Positions 7,052 to 16,658 of a DNA stretch of 32,139 nucleotides are shown here, one piece after another. A model generated the notes under the pieces. It saw nothing but the letters and a program-made list of their open reading frames with translations. It was not told the DNA's origin and searched no databases. Position 1 is the first letter of the stretch; each line of letters starts with the position of its first letter. A program made the position numbers and the translations under genes. The stretch is from Candidatus Tenebribacter mawsonii (GTDB lineage: Bacteria > Cloacimonadota > Cloacimonadia > Cloacimonadales > TCS61). Location of the stretch: positions 1-32,139 of the forward strand of contig JAVCCD010000120.1 in NCBI GenBank assembly GCA_030765665.1. The letters run 5' to 3'.

Positions 7052-8827
7052 TTAAAATTTGCATTTCATAATCTCTGTTATTGTTTCTTTCATCAATGTG
7101 TAATCTGCTTCAATTTTTTCTTTGGAAAATCCTCCGGGCATAAATCGAGCTTGATCACAGGTTTCAAATAGTGTTTTAATTCTTTCAACTAACATATTAG
7201 GAACATTCACAGAAATCATCTTAGAAATTATTTCTTCGGTTGAACTTCCACGGGGTTCTTTTAACTTATCTGCAAGATAACTGCTAAGTCCCTGTTGTGC
7301 AGCGGCATAAAATCCTGGATCTTCCTTAGCAGCAAAAATGTTTGCTTCTTTCATGTATTTTTTTAAGATCTTATTGGCCTGTTTTTGTCGTATGTAGTCA
7401 ATATTCCCCGCTAATTTTGTCTGTTCTTTAGAATAGTATATTGAAGCAGGAATGAAAAGTAGTATGATGAACCATATGAACCAATAAAGAAATTTATCGT
7501 AATAATTTATATTTGATGTTAGGTCGCTATCAGTTATAATGAAACCAATATCAGAACCTTCCATACTAACAATTGATTGTGCGCTGCTACTGGCAACAAA
7601 TGTAAGATCACCCTCTCCAACACTCAATTGAAATGGTTTTGTTCTAATAGTTTTGAAGTTTCTGGATGATGTATCAAAATAAGTAAATGGAACTTCTGGA
7701 AGTGAATAATTACCTTTCTCCTGAGCTATGATCAAGTACTTAATTGTCTTCTTTCCAGAGATCTTATTTTTATTTATATCTGTTGCGATCTCAGGGTCTA
7801 AGAATCTTAAGTTACTTACTTCTTTCAGTTGTGGAATATCAAACTGCTTTAAGTTTCCTGTACCGCTAATGGTTATTGTATAGGTAAAAGAATCTCCAAC
7901 ATTCAGGTTTGTCTCACTTACATTACTGGTAAGTTTGAATTTTCCAACTGCGTTTGAGTATGAAACAGGTTTGTTAGTTGTTGGAATTGGATTTACTTGT
8001 ACTGATATAGGGTCATTCTTAATATTGTATCTCTTTGTTGTTCCAAAATCAAAAAAACTATGTGATTGGGTTCTTACATCAACATTTAAAGTTACGGAAG
8101 GAATTTTCAACGTGCCACTTTTTGTGGGGAACAGTGCTACAGAACGTATTAACATCACATTGTACATAATTCCATTATAAGTTTCACGTTCAAAATTAAT
8201 ACTTTCTGGTTTGTATATATCTTCTTTCCAGAAACCTTCAAAATTTGTATCTCCCGCAAAAGCTAAATTAGAAATATCGTATCTGGAATAAAGTTTGTAT
8301 TCAACAATAACTGGTTCTTCTTCAAAGACCTTTGTTTTACTGATATTTGCTTTTAAGAATAGATTATCAGAAAGATCTACTGAAGAATCAGGCTGCTGTG
8401 TAAATGATGGAGAAGTAGGTGGAGCAGGTTGAGTACTACCTTCTAAAACTTTAATGTGAATGGGATCAGTTGTATATGTTTTATCTTTGATCTTAAGTGT
8501 TATTGGTGGAATGAGGTGATTTCCTGTCTTATTCGGACGGAAAGAATAGGTGAAACTTTTTGTAACTTCAGATGTCATCTTTCCATTAACAATTGAATAA
8601 TTTGAAGATGAAGACGTGGATGAACCCAAGTTCTCAAAGTTCTTAATTTTAGGTAATCTTGGTGTTGCAATATTTCCGACTTTTTCACCGGAAATCTCTA
8701 TCGTAAATTTAAGTAGATCAGAAACTCCGATCTTGGTTTTATCAACATACGACTCGATTGTTAAACTTTGTGAAAATAGTATTTGAGCGAACAAACATAA
8801 ACCTAATAAAATTATTATTTTCTTCAT
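7052..8827 (-). CDS. batD: BatD-like protein (large extracytoplasmic beta-rich region, TM, C-terminal helical domain)
   Basis: 591 aa with a signal peptide, a long beta-rich ectodomain, one TM (FLYWFIWFIILLFIPASIYY) and a C-terminal helical cytoplasmic tail. Size, architecture and operon position match BatD. Confidence 0.8.
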   Translation of the reverse strand: MKKIIILLGLCLFAQILFSQSLTIESYVDKTKIGVSDLLKFTIEISGEKVGNIATPRLPKIKNFENLGSSTSSSSNYSIVNGKMTSEVTKSFTYSFRPNKTGNHLIPPITLKIKDKTYTTDPIHIKVLEGSTQPAPPTSPSFTQQPDSSVDLSDNLFLKANISKTKVFEEEPVIVEYKLYSRYDISNLAFAGDTNFEGFWKEDIYKPESINFERETYNGIMYNVMLIRSVALFPTKSGTLKIPSVTLNVDVRTQSHSFFDFGTTKRYNIKNDPISVQVNPIPTTNKPVSYSNAVGKFKLTSNVSETNLNVGDSFTYTITISGTGNLKQFDIPQLKEVSNLRFLDPEIATDINKNKISGKKTIKYLIIAQEKGNYSLPEVPFTYFDTSSRNFKTIRTKPFQLSVGEGDLTFVASSSAQSIVSMEGSDIGFIITDSDLTSNINYYDKFLYWFIWFIILLFIPASIYYSKEQTKLAGNIDYIRQKQANKILKKYMKEANIFAAKEDPGFYAAAQQGLSSYLADKLKEPRGSSTEEIISKMISVNVPNMLVERIKTLFETCDQARFMPGGFSKEKIEADYTLMKETITEIMKCKF

Positions 8828-8853
8828 TATAAATTTAAAATCCTCATGATGAT

Positions 8854-9546
8854 CTACCAGTACCTTCCAGTTTTTGTTCTGTCAACATTCATTTTCTCTT
8901 TCTCTTTTTTCATTTCTTCTTTCTCTTTCTGCAAAAGTGCTTTCAGCATTTTTTCGGCATCTTCTTTTTTTTGTTCTTTTAGTTTTTGCTCCTGAGATTT
9001 TTGTTTTTCATCCTGTTTTTGTTCATCTTGCTTTATTTGTTTCTCTTTTTCTTCGTCCTTATTTTCGTCGTCTTTATTTTGTTCTTGTTTTTGCTTTTGT
9101 TCCTGCTGCCGTTGCAACATCCTGGCAGCTAGTTCGTAGTTGTAGCGTGCATCAAGGTTTGTCGGATCTTCAACAAGGGCATCACGATAATTTTTTATAG
9201 CATTTTTATAATCTTTTTGCAGGAATTTTACATTACCCAAATTTTGTAATGCTTTTGATCTATCATTAAATTGTTTATTATTTAAAGCAAGTTTGTAATT
9301 CTGTTCTGCTTCTTCTAACATGCCATTCTTAACTTGTGCATTCGCCTGATTAAAATGTAATCGGGCATCTTTTGGATATTTTATAGCATTAGTTTTAAAG
9401 TTTTCTTCTGAATTCTCAAAATTCTCTTTCTTGTAATAACTCACTCCTTTAAGATTTCTGATAACTTTATCGTAATTGATAATGTCTGAAAACAGAGTTC
9501 CTAAAGATAATAATAGAATTAGAGGAATTAGCAATTTTACTTTCAT
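8854..9546 (-). CDS. batC: BatC-like TPR protein with a K/E/Q-rich C-terminal tail
   Basis: Signal/TM, TPR repeats (AEQNYKLAL..ALQNLGNVKF..AIKNYRDAL) and a charged low-complexity tail. The ATG overlaps the batB stop by 1 nt (TAATG). Confidence 0.8.
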   Translation of the reverse strand: MKVKLLIPLILLLSLGTLFSDIINYDKVIRNLKGVSYYKKENFENSEENFKTNAIKYPKDARLHFNQANAQVKNGMLEEAEQNYKLALNNKQFNDRSKALQNLGNVKFLQKDYKNAIKNYRDALVEDPTNLDARYNYELAARMLQRQQEQKQKQEQNKDDENKDEEKEKQIKQDEQKQDEKQKSQEQKLKEQKKEDAEKMLKALLQKEKEEMKKEKEKMNVDRTKTGRYW

Positions 9547-10559
9547 TACAATACCCGTTTAAATTTTGTTTTCTTTTTATAGATGATAAATGATTCAATA
9601 AGAAGAAGTGCAAGAGCTGCAATAACGAAATATTTATATTGTTCTTTGTATCTTACATATTCTTTAGAATCAAATTTATTCTTCTCAAAAGAATTTATAT
9701 TTTTCATAATCTCATAGATCTCAGATTGCTGAGGGGTGATAGGGAAGAAGCGACCATTTGCATGTTTAGTTATCTGTGTTAAAGTTATAATATCCAGTTT
9801 GGTAAATACAATATCACCTTTATCATCCTTAGCATATACGATATCACCATCTCTGTTTTTTATAGGAATTGTACTCCCTTCTGGAGAACCTATTCCAAGA
9901 GCGTAGATTATTGCATTTTGCTTGCCAGCTTCTTCAGCAATCTCAACTGCATTTTCTTCTAGATCTTCTCCATCACTAACTACAATGATAATTTTGTGTT
10001 TTTCTTTTTCTCCAAAAAGCTCTAATGAAGTAGATATAGCTTCTCCTATATTTGTACCATATGAAGGAACAGTTTCTGTATCAAGTAAATTTAGGAATAA
10101 TTTAGCAGCATCGTAATCATTGGTGAGAGGGCATTGTACAAAACTCTTTCCAGCAAAGGCAACTATAGCAATTCGGTCACCTTTTAATTGATCAATAAAT
10201 AGTGAGATCTGATCTTTAGCTCTCTTTATTCTGCTAGGTTGAATGTCTGTGGCATCCATACTTTTAGATACATCTATAGCAACTACAATATCAATTCCTT
10301 CTTTTTTGATGATCTGAACTTCTTTATCCCAACGCGGTTGTGCCAGGGCAATTATAATAAAAAGAAAAGCAAATACAAATATGGCATTCTTTAATGACCA
10401 GTGGAAACCTGAAAATTGCTGCATAAAGAAATCATAAAATTTCACTTCAGCAAATTTTGAAAAGTTCTTCTTTCTATTATGATTTGCTACTCCGATAAGA
10501 ATTAACATTGCTGGTATCAGCAATATTAAAAACAACAAATATGGATTTCCCCAATGCAT
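9546..10559 (-). CDS. batB: BatB-like membrane-anchored von Willebrand factor A (VWA) protein
   Basis: Two N-terminal TM helices, MIDAS motif DVSKSM (D-x-S-x-S) in IVVAIDVSKSMDATD, IIVVSDGED, and a C-terminal TM. Confidence 0.85.
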   Translation of the reverse strand: MHWGNPYLLFLILLIPAMLILIGVANHNRKKNFSKFAEVKFYDFFMQQFSGFHWSLKNAIFVFAFLFIIIALAQPRWDKEVQIIKKEGIDIVVAIDVSKSMDATDIQPSRIKRAKDQISLFIDQLKGDRIAIVAFAGKSFVQCPLTNDYDAAKLFLNLLDTETVPSYGTNIGEAISTSLELFGEKEKHKIIIVVSDGEDLEENAVEIAEEAGKQNAIIYALGIGSPEGSTIPIKNRDGDIVYAKDDKGDIVFTKLDIITLTQITKHANGRFFPITPQQSEIYEIMKNINSFEKNKFDSKEYVRYKEQYKYFVIAALALLLIESFIIYKKKTKFKRVL

Positions 10560-10581
10560 CTAATCATACTCCCAAAATTTC

Positions 10582-12219
10582 TTAAAGTCCCTCGACCTGT
10601 GTATCGAGAGGGTATTCAACAGAATATTTAAATGGTATAATGATCTCTTCACCTGCTTTTGGTTGGAAGAACCATTCAATATATTTATGTTCATCAATTT
10701 TTAAAATCTCCGTATCTTCTTTGTAATCAGGCTCAACCAATTTCACTTTTATTTTTTCATTTTGTGAGATTGGCAACTGATCCCAAACAACGATCTCTTC
10801 CTGTGTTTTTTTATTGTTAGTGATTTTGATAAGATATTCAAAGATTTTTTTGTTCTTTTCAACAAAAAGTCCACCTGTCTCATCAAATTTCTTCACGAAT
10901 TTATATTCTACTTTAATTGATTCATCAACACCTAAAAATGTCCAGAACTCTTCTGTAGGAGCAACAGCTTTCAAATATGAATTTGCAACGAAATTATTAT
11001 CTAAAAATATATTTGTATCACCGGGTAGGAATGGATATTCAGATACATTTTTCACTTTAGCTTTGAGATAGGCGAATTGGGAATGTTTGGGAATTGTAGA
11101 ATATCTGAAACCAGCAGGGAACTCTTGAATCGTGATTGTAACAAGATGTGGCTCGTTATCACTTTTTATTGTATTGCTTCCATCAATATCAAATACAACT
11201 GAAGTTGCTCCAGACTCAACCGTAGAAGCTGAATAAGCAATATCGCTCATGTTGTCTAAGCTTTCATCAGCTGACATTCCTTCTATTGCAAAAGTCATTT
11301 CATTACTTCTGGAAGAACTTGGTCTCATTTTCTTGCTTTGTGTTCTGACAGGTCGAGTATGATAAATTGAAATATAATGAGGATATAACTCAGGAGGCTG
11401 TGCGCTCATATTTGGTTTGGCTGTAGAAAGTTTAAGGTCAACATTTTCCCAATCTTCACCTGTAGTTTGGAAGATATTACTTTTGTAAGTTAGATTCATG
11501 GTTTTCTCTTGAGAATCTACCCGGATGTCATAAACCGGACTCCAAGAAGGACCATAGACAATATAGGAAAGATCGAGTATAAGGTTTCCCTCTTTTTGCA
11601 CATCAACCAATACTTCAACCATATTCTTATATTTATATGATTGCTGTCCAAGTTCACGAATCTCACGTCTAACTTTATCTATTTCACAGATGTGATCTCT
11701 TAATAATTTTTCAGTTTCTCTAATTTCTGAATCGAGTGTTTCTTGTTTAGAACGATAAAATTCAACCATTGCTATCCACTTTTCTGGATTTAATTCAACA
11801 TTCTCGGTTTCTTCATTTGTACTTGTAAGTTTTGAAAGAATATTTCTAACAACTTGTTTTAAATCAACTGCTTGTGTTGTTTTATCATTCAATCCATTTT
11901 GGATATCAAGGAGTCCCTGTAATCTGTTGGTAAGAGATTTTTTCTTTTCATCTGTAATTTGAGCAAATTGCTCGGTTTTAAAAGTAACATCGCGTAAAAT
12001 TGCATTTCCCTTCCCGTTTGCCTGAATGCTGTTTTGCTCAATATTTTGAGGAAGCTCATCGAATAGTATTTTGTGTTCACCTTTTGTGAGATAGGTTGTG
12101 GCAGAGCGCGTAATCTGAGCTCTATCAGCATAAACAGTTACCGATGTAATATTAGACTCTATAGAATTTAAACTAATAAAACACACAACTAATAAAATTG
12201 GCAGAAAGATCTTTTTCAT
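10582..12219 (-). CDS. Secreted DUF4140/DUF4139 (MuiA 'mucoidy inhibitor A'-family-like) protein with a central coiled coil
   Basis: Signal peptide, then ITSVTVYADRAQITRSA..GEHKILFDELP (DUF4140-like N-terminus), a heptad-rich middle (..ETLDSEIRETEKLLRDHICEIDKVRREIRELGQ..) and a long beta-rich C-terminal half. Very strong SD: TAG-GGAGGGAAA-ATG directly after the batA stop. Confidence 0.7.
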   Translation of the reverse strand: MKKIFLPILLVVCFISLNSIESNITSVTVYADRAQITRSATTYLTKGEHKILFDELPQNIEQNSIQANGKGNAILRDVTFKTEQFAQITDEKKKSLTNRLQGLLDIQNGLNDKTTQAVDLKQVVRNILSKLTSTNEETENVELNPEKWIAMVEFYRSKQETLDSEIRETEKLLRDHICEIDKVRREIRELGQQSYKYKNMVEVLVDVQKEGNLILDLSYIVYGPSWSPVYDIRVDSQEKTMNLTYKSNIFQTTGEDWENVDLKLSTAKPNMSAQPPELYPHYISIYHTRPVRTQSKKMRPSSSRSNEMTFAIEGMSADESLDNMSDIAYSASTVESGATSVVFDIDGSNTIKSDNEPHLVTITIQEFPAGFRYSTIPKHSQFAYLKAKVKNVSEYPFLPGDTNIFLDNNFVANSYLKAVAPTEEFWTFLGVDESIKVEYKFVKKFDETGGLFVEKNKKIFEYLIKITNNKKTQEEIVVWDQLPISQNEKIKVKLVEPDYKEDTEILKIDEHKYIEWFFQPKAGEEIIIPFKYSVEYPLDTQVEGL

Positions 12220-12228
12220 TTTCCCTCC

Positions 12229-13218
12229 CTAAGGAATTTCCTTTCTAATTACAATTCTGAATGTAAATTCCAGCAACATTAATATAAAAGCTGCTAATAA
12301 ATATCTCCAGAATAATTCTTGATAAATATAATAGTCATTTATCTTCAATTCAGTTCTTTCCATTTCATCAATATATTCCATGATAGCTGTTAGTTCATTT
12401 GTATTTGATGCAAGTCTTGCGTGCTTTGTTCCAGTTATTTCGGCAATCTTATCAAGAGAATCCATATCAATTTCGATATTTACTTTTTGGTATCTCACGC
12501 CCATTGCAGTCTGAACCGGATAATCTACCAGACCTTTTCTTCCTACTCCAACAGGATATACTTTCACATCGAATGTTGAAGCAAGTCCTGCAGCATCTAG
12601 AGGTTCTATTTCGCCGGCATTATTTCTGCCATCAGTAATTAAAATTATTACTTTTGATTTTGCCTCTGAATCCTTAAGCCTGGCTACAGCTGTTGCCAAT
12701 CCCATTCCTATTGCTGTCCCATTTGCATTCTCATCGATCGAGACATTATCCATTATAGACATGAGAATATTATAGTCGAGCGTAAGTGGGCATTGGGTAA
12801 ACGCATTTTCCGAAAATACGATGAGACCAATTCTATCGTTTCGACGGTGTTCGATAAAATTTATAGCAACTTTTTTCGCAGCTTCCAGCCTGTTAGTTGG
12901 CTTAAAGTCAACAGCTTTCATACTTCCGCTCACATCAATTGCTAGCATGATATCAATTCCCATTCCAGTGATTTGCTGCTTCTTATGAGCCAGTCTAGGT
13001 CTTGCTAAAGATAGAACGAGTAGTAGAATTATAAGAACTCTGATGATTATTGGAATATACTGAAGTAAGCTGCTTCTGCCAGCAATAGATCTAATCAATT
13101 CTATCCGGCTGTGGATCAATCTAACTTTTTTCTTACGAATTATTAAAAACTCATATAGGAGATATGGAATGAGAATAAGAAGAGCATAAAACCATTTTGG
13201 ATTAACAAACTCAAGCAT
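12229..13218 (-). CDS. batA: BatA-like membrane-anchored VWA protein
   Basis: N-terminal MLEFVNPKWFYALLILIPYL plus a second TM, MIDAS DVSGSM in MLAIDVSGSMKAVD, ILITDGRNN, and a C-terminal TM. Confidence 0.85.
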   Translation of the reverse strand: MLEFVNPKWFYALLILIPYLLYEFLIIRKKKVRLIHSRIELIRSIAGRSSLLQYIPIIIRVLIILLLVLSLARPRLAHKKQQITGMGIDIMLAIDVSGSMKAVDFKPTNRLEAAKKVAINFIEHRRNDRIGLIVFSENAFTQCPLTLDYNILMSIMDNVSIDENANGTAIGMGLATAVARLKDSEAKSKVIILITDGRNNAGEIEPLDAAGLASTFDVKVYPVGVGRKGLVDYPVQTAMGVRYQKVNIEIDMDSLDKIAEITGTKHARLASNTNELTAIMEYIDEMERTELKINDYYIYQELFWRYLLAAFILMLLEFTFRIVIRKEIP

Positions 13219-13270
13219 TTTAAAATACCTTTTTTAGCAACGAGCAATAACTAACAAAAGAAGATATCAT

Positions 13271-14200
13271 TTAATTTTCCTTCTTTGTTTGTTTTTGTTC
13301 GCTTTTGTTTGTTGTAAACTTTTCGAAAGATTTTAGATAATTCTCAAGCCAATTCATAGCTACTTCAGAATCTGAATTTGTTGGAATCGCTTTTGCAAAC
13401 TTAATCATATCAGCTTGCATCAGGAATTTGAGAATCTCAGATTTTTCTGAATGATCAGCGAGAACTAAATTTGCTCGAATTTCACTGGTTGTCATTTCAA
13501 CAGAGTTTATTTTATAATGCAGTTCAATAAAAAGTCGTAAGATCAATGAAATTCTGAAATAGAAATTTAAAAAATCACCTTTTGTAATAAGGTCATCTTC
13601 TTTCAAAATCCTAAGCAATTCTAAAGCAATAATATATGCAGGTCTATCATCCACTACTTCAAAATCGGAAATGTCTTTATTTGAATTCTGAATAAAATTA
13701 ATTAAATATTTCACTGCTAAAATGATGAGAATGATGACTAAGAAAGGTATAAAATAATCAAAGAATTGTAAGTTAACAGGCAATGGATCAGCTACATCTT
13801 TAATACTTTCGGTGCTGTCAGTAATAACAGATTCAATATTCAATATAAATTCATTTGTTTTTAAAATTTTCAGACTATCTGCTACTTTAACAGCAAATTC
13901 AAGTTCTGGGAAAGTAAATTCACCAGTATCGAACGGTTGGTAAGTGAGATCAAGTGTTGTGGTTTTTATATCATCACTTACTTCTTCAAATGAATCAATA
14001 TTTTTCAAGATAAAAATATCAAGAGTATCATTTTGTGTTAGAAAAATACTGTCAGGAATAGCTGTAGATATATCAACATGCAATGTAAAGGGTGTCCCAA
14101 TAAGAAGTTTCTCTGGTTTTTCTAATTCTTGTGTTAATTCAACCGAAGCTGCTATAAACGGAATCCCCAATATAAACAGAAATAATAAGATCTTTTTCAC
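13271..14200 (-). CDS. Bat-operon 'orf3'-type membrane protein (DUF4381-like C-terminal domain, BatD-like layout)
   Basis: GTG start with SD AGAGG, 2 nt after the DUF58 stop. Signal peptide, beta-rich ectodomain, one TM (FIPFLVIILIILAV), and a helical tail (..FYFRISLILRLFIE..MTTSEI..ADMIKFAK..) that aligns by eye with the BatD tail. Confidence 0.6.
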   Translation of the reverse strand: MKKILLFLFILGIPFIAASVELTQELEKPEKLLIGTPFTLHVDISTAIPDSIFLTQNDTLDIFILKNIDSFEEVSDDIKTTTLDLTYQPFDTGEFTFPELEFAVKVADSLKILKTNEFILNIESVITDSTESIKDVADPLPVNLQFFDYFIPFLVIILIILAVKYLINFIQNSNKDISDFEVVDDRPAYIIALELLRILKEDDLITKGDFLNFYFRISLILRLFIELHYKINSVEMTTSEIRANLVLADHSEKSEILKFLMQADMIKFAKAIPTNSDSEVAMNWLENYLKSFEKFTTNKSEQKQTKKEN

Positions 14201-14202
14201 AA

Positions 14203-15087
14203 TTACCTCTGATTCTTCATTCTAAGACGAAACTTAAAGAATTTCATAAGTTCTGGTGCATATGGTTTATCAGTGCTCAAAGTAACAAGATCAATCTTCA
14301 TTCTTCGAAATTGTTGATTCAATTCTGTTTCTTGATTTATGATAGCATTATTGTATGTTTCTCGAAACTTCTGGCTTGAACTATTTATAGTGAATGTTCT
14401 ACCTGTTTCTGGATCTTGAAGATTAAGTAATCCTGCGTTTGGCATTTCAAATTCTGCACTATCTTGAATTCTTAATGCAATTACATCATGCTTCTTTGCT
14501 AGTATCTTGAGGCTATCCAAATAATTTGTATCCAGAAAATCAGAAATGACAAAAATAATGCTACGCTTTTTTATGAGGCGATAAATATATTCGACCGCAT
14601 TCTTAATATTTGTTCCGCTTTTCTTGGGTTCAAAATAAAGAATATCACGTAAAATTCTAAGAGCAGATTTTTTCCCTTTTGTGGGTGGAATATATTTTTC
14701 AACTTCATCGGTAAAAAGAAGAAGACCAACTTTATCGTTATTGGATAAAGCTGAAAAAGAAAGAACTGCAGTTATCTCGGTGATAAATTCAGATTTCAAG
14801 TATCCTTTTGTTCCAAATAGGGTAGATGCACTGCTGTCTATGAGAAACATCACATTAAGTTCACGCGTTTCTTCGAATTTTTTTATATATGGGAATCCAT
14901 GACGTGCAGTAACGTTCCAGTCAATTTGTCGGAAACTATCACCACTTTGATATTCCCGGACTTCTGAAAATTCTAATCCTTGTCCTTTAAATAAACTGTG
15001 ATATTCACCCGAAAAAAGATCAGAAACCAGATCCCTGGTAGTTATCTCAATTTTTCGAATTTTTTTTATTATATCGGATGTTTCCAT
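14203..15087 (-). CDS. DUF58-family protein (VWA-like partner of MoxR ATPases)
   Basis: GEYHSLFKGQGLEFSEVREYQSGDSFRQIDWNVTAR is the characteristic DUF58 core, followed by the degenerate MIDAS-like FLIDSSAS. Confidence 0.9.
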   Translation of the reverse strand: METSDIIKKIRKIEITTRDLVSDLFSGEYHSLFKGQGLEFSEVREYQSGDSFRQIDWNVTARHGFPYIKKFEETRELNVMFLIDSSASTLFGTKGYLKSEFITEITAVLSFSALSNNDKVGLLLFTDEVEKYIPPTKGKKSALRILRDILYFEPKKSGTNIKNAVEYIYRLIKKRSIIFVISDFLDTNYLDSLKILAKKHDVIALRIQDSAEFEMPNAGLLNLQDPETGRTFTINSSSQKFRETYNNAIINQETELNQQFRRMKIDLVTLSTDKPYAPELMKFFKFRLRMKNQR

Positions 15088-15105
15088 TGATATTTGACTT
15101 AATTA

Positions 15106-16092
15106 TTATGGAACTTCGATCTCATCGAATAATCTGGTTACAATATCTTCCTGAGTAATTTGCTCTGCTTCAGCTTCGTATGTAAGAATTATTCTATGTC
15201 TGAGAATATCTTTGCCAATAGCCTTGATGTCATCGGGAGTTACATAACCACGATGATCAAGAAAAGCGTGAGCCTTTGCTGCTTGAGCAAGGTAGATAGT
15301 AGCACGTGGAGACGCTCCACAATCAATAAGGTCAGCAAGATCATTCAGGTTTTTATACTTAGCTGGTTCGCGAGTTGCAAAAACTAAATCTAAAATATAC
15401 TCTTTAATCTTATCTTCCATATAAATATCTTTTATCAACTCTCTCATTTCTAAAATGTCTTTTGATTTTACTACGGCATTAACCTTAATTTTGTCTTTTC
15501 TAACCATTCTATCAAGAATTAATTTTTCTTCTTCTCGGGTTGGATAATCTATTATTAATTTAAGCATAAAGCGATCTACTTGAGCTTCTGGAAGTGGATA
15601 TGTTCCCTCTTGCTCAAGTGGATTCTGAGTTGCCATAACAAGAAATGGATTTGGTAACGGGTATGTTGTATCTCCAATTGTTACTTGTCTCTCTTGCATA
15701 GATTCTAATAAAGCAGATTGAACTTTTGCAGGAGCACGATTAATCTCATCTGCAAGAACAAAATTTGCAAAAACAGGACCTTTCTTAGCAACAAACTCAC
15801 TGGTCTTCTGATTATAAATTAGAGTTCCCATTAAGTCGGCAGGCAAGAGATCCGGAGTAAATTGAATTCGTTTAAAAGTAGATTTTATTGTATCTGCTAA
15901 GGTTTGTACAGCCAGAGTTTTTGCAAGTCCAGGAACGCCTTCAAGTAGGATATGCCCATCTGCAAGAAGCCCCACAAGAAGTCTTTTGATCATATATTTC
16001 TGACCGACTATAACTTTTTCTGTTTCCTGCGTTATTTTGTCGATCAACTCACTTTTTTCCATTACTTTCTGATTAATTTCTTCGATCTTCAT
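15106..16092 (-). CDS. moxR: MoxR-family AAA+ ATPase
   Basis: Walker A GVPGLAKT, Walker B FVLADEINRA and ATQNPLEQEGTYPLPEAQVDRF, all typical of MoxR/RavA-class ATPases. SD GGAGGG upstream. Confidence 0.95.
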   Translation of the reverse strand: MKIEEINQKVMEKSELIDKITQETEKVIVGQKYMIKRLLVGLLADGHILLEGVPGLAKTLAVQTLADTIKSTFKRIQFTPDLLPADLMGTLIYNQKTSEFVAKKGPVFANFVLADEINRAPAKVQSALLESMQERQVTIGDTTYPLPNPFLVMATQNPLEQEGTYPLPEAQVDRFMLKLIIDYPTREEEKLILDRMVRKDKIKVNAVVKSKDILEMRELIKDIYMEDKIKEYILDLVFATREPAKYKNLNDLADLIDCGASPRATIYLAQAAKAHAFLDHRGYVTPDDIKAIGKDILRHRIILTYEAEAEQITQEDIVTRLFDEIEVP

Positions 16093-16145
16093 TGACCCTC
16101 CCTCAAAAATAGACTCTTTAATTAAAACACTTATAAAGAATTTAG

Positions 16146-16646
16146 TTACAATTTATTTATATGTTTATGTCTAAAAAATTTTCCATCAAGATGCTTGTAC
16201 TGAATTTCAATCTCGTTATTATCAATGATCATAACTATATATGAAGCTTTTTGTCCACGGTCTGTTTTGGCTTTAAGATGACCAGGATTAATAAAATGTT
16301 TATTTTCTATATGATCATAATTAGAATGATGAGTATGACCATAAAGATAAATATCAGCAGGTTTGATTGATTTTGAAAGATCTTCAAGTCTGTGTGCTAG
16401 CGCAAAGTTCCAACCTTCAATTTTAATTTCTAAAATTATTGGAATTGTACAATCTTTGTAACCTGGATGATACAAGCCTGGAACTCTTATTAACTCTTTT
16501 TCTTCTGTGAGGTCAAAGTTATTGTTCAAATCTTCAAAATTATCACCAAGATGAATAATATGAGTAAGTTCTGTCTCATTTTTAATTGCAGTTCTTAGCG
16601 TCTGCTGATTATTGTGAGTATCTGAAAGTACGATTATTTTTTTCAT
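16146..16646 (-). CDS. YfcE/MJ0936-type metallophosphoesterase
   Basis: Motifs LSDTH, HLGD and YGHTH. ATG at 16646 is preferred over the upstream TTG at 16652. Confidence 0.85.
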   Translation of the reverse strand: MKKIIVLSDTHNNQQTLRTAIKNETELTHIIHLGDNFEDLNNNFDLTEEKELIRVPGLYHPGYKDCTIPIILEIKIEGWNFALAHRLEDLSKSIKPADIYLYGHTHHSNYDHIENKHFINPGHLKAKTDRGQKASYIVMIIDNNEIEIQYKHLDGKFFRHKHINKL

Positions 16647-16658
16647 GTGCAAGAATGT

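Noticed and set aside
8890-9114. Repetitive purine-rich tract (GAA/AAA/CAA codons on the coding strand) that looks like a tandem repeat.
   Set aside because: It encodes the K/E/Q-rich tail of BatC (..QQEQKQKQEQNKDDENKDEEKEKQ..). This is compositional low complexity rather than a defined repeat unit, and it has no spacer/repeat periodicity that would suggest CRISPR.
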